Position numbers and translations under genes: made by a program
The notes under the pieces: generated by a model
Told to the model about the DNA's origin: nothing
Seen by the model: the letters and a program-made list of their open reading frames with translations, nothing else
The model's database searches: none
Shown here: positions 39,115-50,808 of the stretch, one piece after another
Numbering within the stretch: the stretch's first letter is position 1
Layout: every line of letters begins with the position of its first letter
DNA from: Monocercomonoides exilis PA203
Lineage: Eukaryota; Protista; Preaxostyla
Reading direction: 5' to 3'
Assembly: GCA_001643675.2 (NCBI GenBank)
Contig: LSRY02000017.1
Span: 248,001 to 312,000, forward strand
Length of the DNA stretch: 64,000 nucleotides

Positions 39115-42100
39115 ATGATAAGACAGACACCATTAAACACACAGCATCTGACACTTCCTCTTCTCTCACTGGCATTTCTGGTTCATCTGAGCCATTAGAA
39201 CAACCACAAACCCCGCATGCAACTGAAAGCGACCTGCTCTCAGGTCCCTCCATCTACTCCTCCACACGCTCAACTGCATTCATTTCATCCTTCACCACAT
39301 CAGCTGCTTCTGCTTCGTCTGAATCTTCTTCTGCTTCTTCTTCAATTGCTTCTTCTTCAATTGCATCTTCTTCAATAGCTTCTTCTTCCTCTTCTGCTGT
39401 TCTCATAACACCACAAGAGCTGCCTTCTTCGCTGTCTGCCTCAGAAAACAGAATGAGAGAGGAGTCAATCAATACAGATACATCTATTGAAAGCTCAGGA
39501 TTGGCATTTCCTTCTCCTCTTTCTCTTTCTTCTTCTTCCTCCTCTTCTTCCTCTTCTTCTTCCTCTCCAGAAGTCATTTCACCTCCAATAACCAGGCCAC
39601 ACACGGAGTTTTCGTCAGAACAGAAGGAACAGTTTGCCCCTTCTCGTTCTGTGGAAGGCGTTGGAAACTTCGCTAACATCGCAAACATCTACGAGAAACT
39701 CAAGTTTGCTTTCATTTATTTATTTATTTTTTTATTTATTTATCAAATGGAACGAATAATTCACTTTTATTTGTATTTATCTTTTTCTTTTCTTTTTTTT
39801 TTTTTTCTTGTTAATTGTCTTTTATTGTTATTCAAGGCATCCTTCATACAAAGTTGCCCAGAAGGCTCTGATGCAGATCATTGACGCTTTGTCAACAAAA
39901 TCACATCCATCATCTTCTTCCTCTTCTTCCTCTTCTTCTCCCTCTTCTTCTCCTTCTCTTTCTTCTCTCTCCTCTTCCACCTCTCTTCCCTCTACTTCCT
40001 CCTCCTCCTCCTCCTCCTTCCATCCTCATACCGCCTTCGACGCAGCCACCAATCTCATCGAGATCAGCGTTCTCCCTGCCATCGCCCGCCATTTAGAGAT
40101 CGGGCGAGGCAGAACAGTTCTCTTATCTCTCGTCGCATTGACGCGAATGTGCTGTGCTGCTGACCCGCTCTTGCCAAACAGCAACAGAGAGATTGATGAG
40201 CAGATTGAATGGACTCCGTTTGATATGCGTACTCTCAGGGCCCAGAGAATTGCACCACGGCACATTCAGCACGTGGCTTGGTCTTCTGCTTCTGCTTCTG
40301 CTTCTGCTTCCTCTTCATCATCATCATCTTCTTCTTCTTCTTCTTCTTCTTCTTTATCTCTTTCCAGCGCTTCACAAGTTTGTTCTCCTTCCTATCTGGT
40401 GACACACATTCTAAGATGTGGATGCCTTCCTCACATTCTTCGTCTTTTGTGTGGAAGATGGATGGAGCATGACGAGGCTGGTGAGCAGAGATGGAGAATA
40501 CGACATGAAGCAGAAATAGAAGGAGAAGGAGAAGGTGAAGGTGAAAGAGAAAGAGAAAGTGAAGGTGAAGGTGAAGGTGAAGGTGAAGAAGAGGGAAATG
40601 TGGAACTGAAATCAGCAGCAGCTGCGGCTGCAGCTAAACGAAAGGCTAATGGAGATGCTTTGGAGCTGTATCATAACTTGCTTGTTGTTCGATCAACATC
40701 TTCTTCCTCTTCCTCTTCCTCTTCCTCTTCCTCATCTTCCTCCTCCTCATCTTCCTCTTCTTCTTCTTCTTCCTCTTCTTCTTCATTTTCATTTGCCTCG
40801 TCTCAGTCCTTTTATTCTGCGTCCTCTGCGTTCTGGGCGCCCAACAGCAACAAAGTCTCTGCTCTTCCTCAGCCTTCTTCCAACGTCGGCGTTTCTTCAT
40901 TCATCTCCAGTTCGTCTTTGTATTCTTCTGATTTCGCCTCTCAATCGACTGTTTCGATTGTGCCAACAGGACAGCCCCTGCAATTGATGCAACCTTCTTC
41001 TTTAAATTCTTCTTCTTCTTCTTCCTTCTCTTCTTCTTCTTCAGCTGTATTCACTCCACAAACATCAGACAACATCGCTCCTTTCACATCAGCTCAATCT
41101 TCCTCTGAACAGTCTCCTTCTTCTTCTTCTTCTCTTTCTGTCTCTAGCAATGCTATCCCATTTCAACAACAACAACCACAACAACAACAATTCATGTCTC
41201 CTCTCTTCGCCACACAAGGCATTCCCACCATCACTCCACAACCTCTTCATCAACCTCCTCCTCATCCTCATCCTTCTTCTTCTTCTTCTTCTCTCATTCA
41301 CCCATCTTCCTCAAATCGAGTGTTATCATTTGGAAGATCAATTGTTGTTGGCTGTATCTTCTTTCTGGAGCAGCTGGTGTCCCATTCAGACGAAATGCTA
41401 ATGAAAAAGATGGTGAAAGAGGAAAGGGTGATGAGCGGAGTGGTTGAAGCAATAAAGAGAGCGATTGCGGGGAAGTGGGTGACACAGGAAGAGAGGGAGA
41501 ACGCAAGGAAAGAGGGAAAAGAAGGAAACAATGAAGAGGGGGTGAAAACGATAGATGCAGAAGAAAGAAAGGGGGATCAGCAACAGCAACAACAGCAACA
41601 GCAACAAAAGGAGGAGAAAGAGGAAGAAAAGAAAGAGGAGAAGGAGGAGGAAGAGAAAGAGAAGGAAGAGGAGAAAGAGGAGAAAGATGACAAATCATCT
41701 TCCTCTCATTCCCATCGAAAGTCCTCTTCTCACCGCTCGTCCAGGATATACCACCACTTCCCCACTGACTCAGCTGTGTTGTATTCGCCTTTCTCTCTCT
41801 TTCTGATTGATCGGCTGTTGCTGCTGCTTCAGAAGATTGCCTACAGAGGTATTACAACCTCACTCGATAAAATGTCGAACCGGTTTTCTGATCTTGCGAT
41901 TCTGCTAAGTGTGGTGGATGTGCTGCTGTCGTTCTGGAAGACGATGCATGGCGCATGGGAAAAGGAGAAAATGGAGAAGGAGAAGGAGAAGGAGAAGGAG
42001 GAGAAAGAGAAAGGCAATGAAAGTATTGATTCTTTTGATCGTGTGGAGTTATCCAGCATTTATCCAAAGCTATCAAATGTTGAAGAATATTCCATATCAG

Positions 42101-43322
42101 ACTTAATGTTGATTTCACAGCCGTATTTGTCTTCCTCTTCTTCCTCCTCCTCCTCCTCCTCCTCCTCCTCCTCCTCCTCCTCAACATCAACAACAACACA
42201 GTATTCTTTCTCTCCCTTGTATTATGCCCCCACACTCACCCAGCTTCTGCTTCGTTGTACTGTCACCATCGCTGCCTTCATCAAAAGTGAACAATATCCA
42301 CACGTCGCATTGAAAATGGCTCCTGTTCTGCTGTGGGCATCAAAAGTTGGACTTTCTGTGCTGAATAATAATAATAACGATACTAATAATAATTTTGGCA
42401 ATAACAACAATAAAGAGGAAAGCAAAGAAAGAGGAGAAGATAATGTAGAAGAAGAAGCAGGAATGGTTATGCAGAATGGCAATGAGAAGGTTAAGAGTAA
42501 CAAAGAGTTGGCTGTTGAGCTACTGTCTATGGCATCGACTGGATTGTATCACTGCTCAGAGAGATTTGAATGTATGTTTTATTATATTGAAAATAACTAA
42601 CCAATAAAAAACTTTATTAATGAATTTATTTATTTATATTTTTTTTTTCTCTCTCTCTCTCTCTCTGGGATATATATAAACGCGTAATAGTGAATAAAGG
42701 AGCCGTATTTTCCGTTGTGAAGTTTACTGATCTGAAAAAGCTCATAGAGTTTGAACTTCATCATCTTTCTGTCAATTTTTTACAATATTAATAATTGTAT
42801 TTTCTTCTTTAATAAATGATTTCATACATATGCACATTTGGATTTGTGAATGGAATTTTAATCTTTTTTAATCAACTTTCTCTTTTCTTCTTCAAATTCT
42901 TCTTCTTCTTCTTCTTACACAGTTGTCCAAACATTCACATCTCATACCCTGCCCTCCGCTGTGTCGAAGAACTTGTCTGGGAAAAGAAAGAAAGGCAGAC
43001 GAATTTCATATCAGCTGGCATCATCCCAACACTTATCGAGTTCTTGAACCCTTCTCGCTACTCTCCAGCAGCTCCTTCTTCAAACAGCACTTCAGCGAAT
43101 CTTCCGTCTTATCCTTCAACTTTCTCGTTTCGCGACACTTATTTAATACATTTCTGTGTCCTTGCCATAAAAAATACTCAATTCAAAAATTCTGAGGGAG
43201 AGGCTGCTGTTCAGTATCATCCGCACATACGTGATTGGTTGAAACTGCTGGAGAAAGTTAACAATGGAACTATTGGAAGAGCAGCTAATTTATGTTTAAC
43301 TTATTTTTCAAAATCTTTTTAG
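37499..43322 (+). CDS. NEK-family kinase with a long low-complexity / ARM-like C-terminal region (multi-exon)
   Basis: LGRGAFG, VCK, IIMEYCDSGDL, HRDIKLENLFM, LGDFGFAK, spliced GTPQYFSPE, PYNSATDIWSMG, DPSKRPT. Downstream exons are joined by GT-AG introns. The start is approximate. Confidence 0.85.
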
Positions 43323-43545
43323 TTTACTTTATTATTTTTATGTATTTGTTTATTGATTAATTTCGACTAAAGAGTGTTTTGGGATTTTTTTTATTTTCAT
43401 TTTTATCTTTTTTTTATCTTTTCATCGTTTTTATCTTTTTTTATTTATGTATTATAATTTTGTACAGTAGCTTATTGTGTTACAGTATTAGTGTTTATGC
43501 CTTCATTTCACAAAAAGAAAAGTTATTGGAATTTTTGATCAGAAA

Positions 43546-44812
43546 ATGTTTGAATCAATAATTGTAATAAGAGGATCAGGTGAAATGGCAACTGGTATTG
43601 TTAATTGTAATTTAGATTAAATTTAGCGCATTTTTGTGGGTTATTTTAAAAGGAGTTGCCCATCGCCTTCATGTTTGTGGATTTAAGCTTCTTCTGACGG
43701 ATATCCCATTTCCTCTCACAGTAAGAAGAACTGTCAGTTTCTCTGAGGTTACAAAATGAATCTTTTGAATGATTTTATTATTTTATCATTTTTAATTTGA
43801 TATTTTACAACTTAGTGCATTTTTTCAAAAACAATTGAAGTTGAAGGAGTCACATCTGTGTTTCTTCAATATCCTGCATTACAGGAAAAAGAAATAAATC
43901 AACCAACGCATAATGAAAAGAGCGATGGGCAATTTCGAAATGCTATTGAAGAAACATGGAGACGTGTGGTTATTTTTAATAATTCATATTCTGAGCATTC
44001 ATGAATGTAGAGCACAAACTGCCAGTTATAATTGATCCAGAACTTTTGGTGTCTCGGCGCTTGTTTGGTGATGCAATCCAAGTTGTTATTGATGCAACTA
44101 TTAATAAAAAAAATATTGCAAAAACAAATCCTGTTTGACTTTCATTTATTCCATGAAATATATTAACTATGATCTTTTCAATCTATTAGTCTTTGGCACC
44201 TCTGGTAATTGGACTTGGACCTGGTTTTTCTGCACCAAAAGATGTTACAGCTGTTATCGAAACAAATCGTGGGCATGACTTGGGAAGAGTAATTCTTGAA
44301 GGCTCTGCAGCTCCAGATACTGGAATTCCCGGGGTCATAAAAGGTGAGTCTGTTAGAAGAGTTTTAAGAGCACCAAAGACAGGAGTGATGAAGTGTTTAG
44401 TGGAAATTGGTGATGAAGTAATTGAAGGTCAGACTATTGCAATGATTGATGGTATGTTGAATAGTCAATCTCATAAATCTTGAGTTTTCATTAAATCATT
44501 TTAAATCTAATGTCTTGTAAATCAGATGAGCGTATTTATTCTCAATTAACAGGAGTTGTTCGTGGTCTTTTGCATGATGGAGTGAAAGTTGAACAAGGAA
44601 CAAAAGTAGGTGATGTTGATCCAAGAGGCAAAGACGGAGTTGATTTTAGGTTGATAAGGTTTGTTAGTGGCATTTGACGAACATTTTGTGTTTATGTTTT
44701 CTACGTTTGCTCATTTAGTGACAAGGCTCGTGCTTTATCAGGCTCAGTTCTCGAAGTTATCATTAGATTTTATAATAAAACACTGTTTCCTTACTCATCG
44801 TCTACACCTTGA
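43546..44812 (+). CDS. yqeB: YqeB-family selenium-dependent molybdenum hydroxylase system protein, 7 exons, 300 aa
   Basis: Exons 43546-43594, 43653-43747, 43816-43963, 44011-44132, 44190-44451, 44526-44658 and 44719-44812 total 903 nt, and all introns are GT-AG. The product reads IVIRGSGEMATGVAHRLH..PLTVRRTVSFSE..EVEGV..LPVIIDP..VIDATINKKN..APLVIGLGPGF..VIETNRGHDLGRVI..AAPDTGIPG..RVLRAP..GVVRGLLHDG..KVGDVDPRG..ISDKARALSGSVLE. Confidence 0.93.
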
Positions 44813-45196
44813 AAAATTGTTAATAGATGTCTAAAACTGTAGATTATTTATTCATTTGTAATTTATAATAGCATTTTTGCTTCCTTGTTCAATTTTGATT
44901 CTGTGTATTTTGCCAGTTTTTACATTGCAATTCGTACTTTTTGTTCAACTTTCGTTTTTATAACTTTTTTCCTTTCATGTTTTTTGATCAGAAACAGGAA
45001 GCAACAAAAATGCCGCGCGAAATGATGATAATATGAATGAGATGAATGAGATGAGACGTGTGTGGTTGTGTGAATAAACGCAGTGTGATTAAAAACTTTG
45101 AAAAAGAGAAATAGCAAATGTACGCAAAGAACTGTAGAACTGAAGAACCCGAAAAAAGAAAGAAAAGAAAAGATATATTCATAAAAATTAAGTGAT

Positions 45197-48100
45197 TCAG
45201 CCAACGTTTGTTAGATGCAAATCATTTACCACATGTTTATTTGCAGCTTTGCTATTGCTGTCATTGCCTTCTCTTTTGCCCTTTGTTAAGTCTTCGATTG
45301 GTTCATCTTTTCCTCTTTTCCTCTTCACAGGCTTCTCTTTAACCTCCACCACATCTGCTTCTTTGGTCTTGCTTGCTGGCTTGGCATTCTTTCTTTTCGC
45401 AGCACTTGACTTCTTTAGTGTCTGCTCTGCTGCTTCCAGTTCTACATCCATCAGATTTGCATCTTTGCCTCGCTTCATCAGAGAGTGTGCAAGCGACTCT
45501 GCGCGCTTCCTGATCTCTTCAGCCGTTCTCGACCGGATGAAATACCGGAAGCGGAAAAGAGGAGAAGAGACCACAGCCTCGTGCAGCTCTTTCCACTTGC
45601 CGTACAGCTGAGGCTGGCGCGAAATGATGATGAGCAGCGATGTTTCGTCGCTTGCCTGCCAGCCTGAGTTGCCGAGGAGAGCTGATGTTTGGGTTGCAAA
45701 TGGATTCACCAGAGGAACTGGAGTTGTGGCAAATTGAGATGTGGATTGGAGAGAAGAAGATGCTGAGGCGGTTGATGAATTGGGTGCGAAAAAGCGTGCC
45801 AGTGGGAATGAAGAAGAGGAAGTTGATTGAGGAAAGAGAGATTTCTGTGCAAAAGGTGCAAAACTTGAGAGATTGGCTGAAGCCTGTGAGGCAAATGAAA
45901 TGTTAGCAACAGAAGGATGGAAGCGCGGAATAAGAATGTCGAGGAAGTTTACTATCTCTTCATCTCTGAACCCTTCAAACAAACCGCAGCCGCGCGTATC
46001 GCTCCGCATTTGTGCAACTGCCGATTTCACAGTAGCCACAATTGCATTCTTCTCGTCACACAGTCTTTGTGCCCGTGCTTCTCCTTTCTCAATTCCTTTC
46101 ACAATCTTCTCTCCATCTGCAAGCTCTCTGTATCGCTTCCAAAACACTTTGGAATAATGCACAATTTCAGCAAAGGTAATCTTTTCTTCGTCGTCATCGT
46201 CTTTTCCTGCCCCAACTTTGGATCGATAGAGCGGAAGAAATTCCTCTTCGTAGATGCTTCTTATATCGTTTCTACCAAACCTCGTGCACCCTCTCACAAA
46301 CGCCGAGAAGTGCCGCTTTGACCAGTCTCCAAAGCCCGAATGGTATTCTCTGTTCATTTCTTCCCTCTTTGCATCCGATAGAAACAGAGGCTCCATGTAA
46401 TCTCCATTCCCCATCCTTGGCCACCCTTCAAATGTCACATTCTCTACATCCTCCAACGTGGCTATGCAAACAGGCTCATCTGCACCTCCTGCTTTGCTGT
46501 CGGGTGTTGGCTGTGGGGTGACTGAGGGAGTGACTGAAGGAGACAACAAGATGGGAGAAGTGGACATTGCGGGAGGTGCTGAGGTTTCTTCAGAGGACGA
46601 AATGGAGTTTGCTTCAGAAGTCTGAGACGAAGAAGAGGGAGAGGAAGATGAGGATGCAGAAGCTGATGGTTGTGTGATTTCTGTTCCTATTTCAGTGTTT
46701 GAGCTAGAAACAGAGTCAATACTAGAATTTGAACCTGCACTTGCTTCAGAAGCAGAAGAATTAATATTTGAATCATCAGATTGCTGTGAGGGTGAATGAA
46801 TGACAGAAAGAGATTCTTCTTGTTTCTTGATGAATGGCTCATTGTCTGGCTGCTCACCGAATGTTGGACGAGGCCGAGACATTGAAATCTTCAGCGAAAG
46901 GCGCTTTTCAGGTGGCTTGCTTTGAGAAGTGGAATGTGAAGAGGAAGTGGAAGAGGAAGAAGTTGTGGCAGAAGGAGAGAGTGAAAGAGAAGGAGAAGGA
47001 TGAGTCGTTTGATCAGTAGATGATTGTGAAGAAGAAGAAGAAGAAGAAGAAGATTGTGGCAATGGTAAAAATGTTTTTGATGCCAACGAATTCGAAGGAA
47101 GAGAAGGCAAAGAAGTCATCAATGACGTCACACTTGGGAATATATCCATTGTTTTGACTGATTGTTGTGGTGGCGCCATTGCACTGAATGGTGATATAAT
47201 TTTGATTTCTGTGCTATTCGACGTATTTTGATGTGGAGCACTTGAAGATTGGGCATTTGTTGCATTCGCCGTTGTTTCATCAGTAACTACTACGTTGCTT
47301 TCTTCCTTCTCCATCGCTCCACTGGCCATCTGTGCTTGTGGCTCTTGTTTTACATCTTGTGTGGGTGTAGACACTCTCGCTGCAGATGAGGCAATGGCTG
47401 CTGCAGACGTCATAGCAGGCATCTTTCTCGTCTGTCTTCTATTCCACTCTGCCAGATAATCTGGATCCACCTTGCCGATGAATGCAATCTGCAGGTCTTC
47501 CATCTCTTTGCACAGCTCTTCATATCGTTTTGAGAAGAACTGGAATGGCAGACGAGGCGGTGGACGGTGAATGCGCGCGCACAGCCGGCGAATCCGCTGG
47601 GCTTGTCTTTCGCGCGACGATGTTTGAGAACTGGAAGAAGAAGAAGGCTTCTCCTTCATCTTCTCAAACACAGCACGATAATATGCATCTTCTGAGTAGT
47701 TCATTCGGTTGCGCTCTCTCTTGGGCATCTCAAAAATGAGGGGAGGAGGAATTATTTTGACTGAATCATCATTTCCATCACCCACTGCGTCTTCATTCGC
47801 ATCCTTCCAAAACATCGAAGTATCAGCCGAAGAAGACTTGGCATCGAACACCAATTTGAAATCTTCTCCTTTTTTCTCCATTTTCTTGTTCCATTCTTCT
47901 GTCTTTGCTGTGCTTGCCTTCAGCAAACTATCAAGATCAAACTCGTATTCAGATGACGATGAAGAGGAAGACATCGCTGCTTCATCTTCAAGATCAATCA
48001 CGTCCATTTTCCCTTCTTCCCCAGCTGCTGCCGCGGCTGCTGCTTTCTTCTCCTTCTCTTTTCTCTTCTCCTCTTCGGCGCTCGACATAATCTCCACAGC

Positions 48101-50652
48101 ACCATGTCGAATCATCGTCAGCAGATCTTCCTTTGCCAGTGCCTTTTTCTGCTCCACCAATCTTCCCTGCTGAATGACAATGTGATCCAAATGCAGCTTG
48201 ATTCTTGCTCTTTCCACAACTTTCTCTTCGATCGAGTGCTCGCAGATGAGACGGTAGATCGTCACTGGCTTCTTCTGCCCAATACGATGGCATCGATCAA
48301 TTGCCTGCAGATCAGCCTGCGGATTCCAATCAGAATCGTATAAGATAACTGTGTTGGCTGCCACCAGTGTGATTCCCAGACCACCAGCTCTTGTGGAAAT
48401 CAGGAAAATAAACGGGACAGACGGGATTGAGTTGCCTGAGTCCTTGTCAGCCGGAGGCAGCGGCTTGCTGAACTCTTCTATTTGATACTCTCTCACATCC
48501 AGCGGAGTCCCACCGTCCAGCCTGAAGCATCTGTATCCGCGATACGCCAATGCTGCTTGAAGGATATCCATCATACGCGTCATCTGGCAGAATATCACCA
48601 CTTTTCCCCGTTCTTTGGCCACCTTCTGAACCAGCTTGTCCACAACCACCATCTTCCCGCTGTTTGTGAAGAGATGCTCTCCATCAACAAAGGGCTCTGG
48701 CTCAGCACCCGGAAACAGATACGGATGATTGCAGCACTTCCTCATCTGCATCGCAATGTTCAGCAGTCGCAGACGGTCTGCACTTAATCCATTGATGGCA
48801 TCAATATCTTTGAAATAGAGTGATCGGTACCACTGTTTCTGCATTGGCGTCATTTGCACAAACACGATAATCTCGTTCTTTGGTGGAAGAGTCTCCACAT
48901 CTGACTTCAGACGCCTCAAAAGAAACGGGCGAAGCATCTTGTGCAGTTGCTGCACAAACACATTTGCTCCTTCTTGATCGTTTTTGAATGCATCGTCGAA
49001 TTTGCTGCTGTCGTAGAAGATGGTTGGAAGCAAGAAATTGAGAAGAGCCCATAACTATTGCAAAAGGTGTTGTAATGTTGATAAGCAGAGAAATAAATTA
49101 AGATTCAATTTAATAGTAAATATTATGAAGAAGAAAAAATCATGTTTAAATTCAAAGAAAAATCAGATTTAGAAAAAAATCAATAAGTCTCTCCAAACTT
49201 CATGAAGGTTGTTCTGAAGAGGTGTTCCAGTCAGCAGCAATCTGTGCTTCGAAGAATAAGTTCTCAAAATGGTAGATAATTTTGACTTGTCATTTTTGAT
49301 TCTGTGTGCTTCGTCAACAACAATATAGTTCCATTTGAACTTTCTGAGAAACGCTTTCTCAATCAGAATCATTTCGTATGTCGTGACGCACAAATCGAAT
49401 GAGTTGGGTTTCATCTTCGTTGCCATGATTTCTTTCTGATTAGTTCAACAGAAATAGGAAAAAATGAATTATAAAATTAATGTTATAAGAAGCAATCAAG
49501 ATCATTTTTTTTAAAGAAAAAGTTAATATTCTTTCCCAAATAAATCTCAAACTCTTTGATCTTTATCACCGTGAAGCCTTACAGCCTTAATGCATGGACA
49601 GAACTTTTTCACTTCGTTCATCCAATTCCCCATTGTTGATTTAGGTCCAATGACAAGATGTGGTCCAGGCACTCCCAAATGCACTTTGAGATACACAAAA
49701 AGTGAAAGCGTTTGAAGAGTTTTACCAAGACCCTAAAATGCAATAATCAAAAAAAACAGAAAATCAGTAAAAGAATTCGGAAAAAAATATTCTATTTAAA
49801 ATCAAACCATTTCATCTGCAAGGATGCCATGGATTCCGTTTTCATAAAGCCAAATTAGCCAATTCAATCCTTCAAGCTGATATGAACGCATTTCACCTTT
49901 GATCCCTGCTGGTTGAGTTGTAAGTTTGCTAATTTGCTTCAGTTGGACCTTTTCCAAAACGCTTTCAAGGGGGAGTGGCTCCATTTCAGTTTTGGTGCTT
50001 TTAGCCTTGTTTTTCTTCGCTGCTGTGCTCGATGATTCCGAATCTTGAATATCTTCTTCCATTTTTCCAGTTTCTTCTTCTTCATTTTTTTCTTGATCAC
50101 TGCTTTTCTGTGACAAAGAAGATGTTGGGTGAATACCACTTGAATGAGTGTTTTTTCCTAATGCTTCCGAAATAACTTCTTCTTCATCCTATAATTTTTA
50201 AAGTGAGTATTTTTTCAAATTTATCAGAAAAAAGCATACGTCATCTTCCATAGAAAGAGATTCTCTTCTTGAAAGCGTACTACGATCAAGTGATTGCATC
50301 TTTTGTTCAGGAAAAGGCGTAACAGAATGATCGTGCTCAATTGCTTTCTCGGAAATATGAGAAAAATGCATCTGAAGAGCTTTTAGTACGTCATTTGACT
50401 CAGCCTGTTGGTGCATGGATAAAAAATTAATTGAACAACAATCAAGCAATAATTAGTTCATGATTGTGAAATCAATCCAAAATCCACAAGAAAAGGAAAA
50501 GAATTTCAATATTTCATTAACAAATTATCATTTCATCTTTGATAAAACAAGAATCTTCTAACCTCTTGTTGAAGTGAAGATGCGATTTTCATGTCATCGT
50601 CATCCAACTCGATCCCCTCCAGCTCTTCGAGATCATCTCCTTCTTCGGCCAT
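45197..50652 (-). CDS. ISWI: ISWI/SNF2L-type chromatin-remodelling ATPase (multi-exon)
   Basis: [116 protein letters not shown]. Confidence 0.95.
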
Positions 50653-50808
50653 TGTTTAAATAAAAAATATGTATTATGGTGAAATGGTATCACTTTATCT
50701 AAATAAAATTATACTAACTGGTGTTATATTTCTTTTGCTGCATTTTGGAAGCGAAACAATAAGACAGCAATAATACTTGAGAAGCCATAAATAATTTTTT
50801 ATTAATTA

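Noticed and set aside
44810-44812. yqeB TGA (and eEFSec TGA at 13495) as a selenocysteine codon
   Set aside because: Both fall at or after the expected family C-terminus, the read-through is non-conserved, and I recognised no convincing SECIS. No selenoprotein or tRNA-Sec was seen in the window.
43546-44812. Bacterial contamination or chimeric assembly as the source of yqeB
   Set aside because: It has six spliceosomal introns of host style, host-like composition, and eukaryotic neighbours on both sides
45020-45145. Possible C/D-box snoRNA (ATGATGA ... CTGA) between yqeB and ISWI
   Set aside because: No terminal stem or recognisable rRNA guide, and such motifs are frequent by chance in AT-rich DNA
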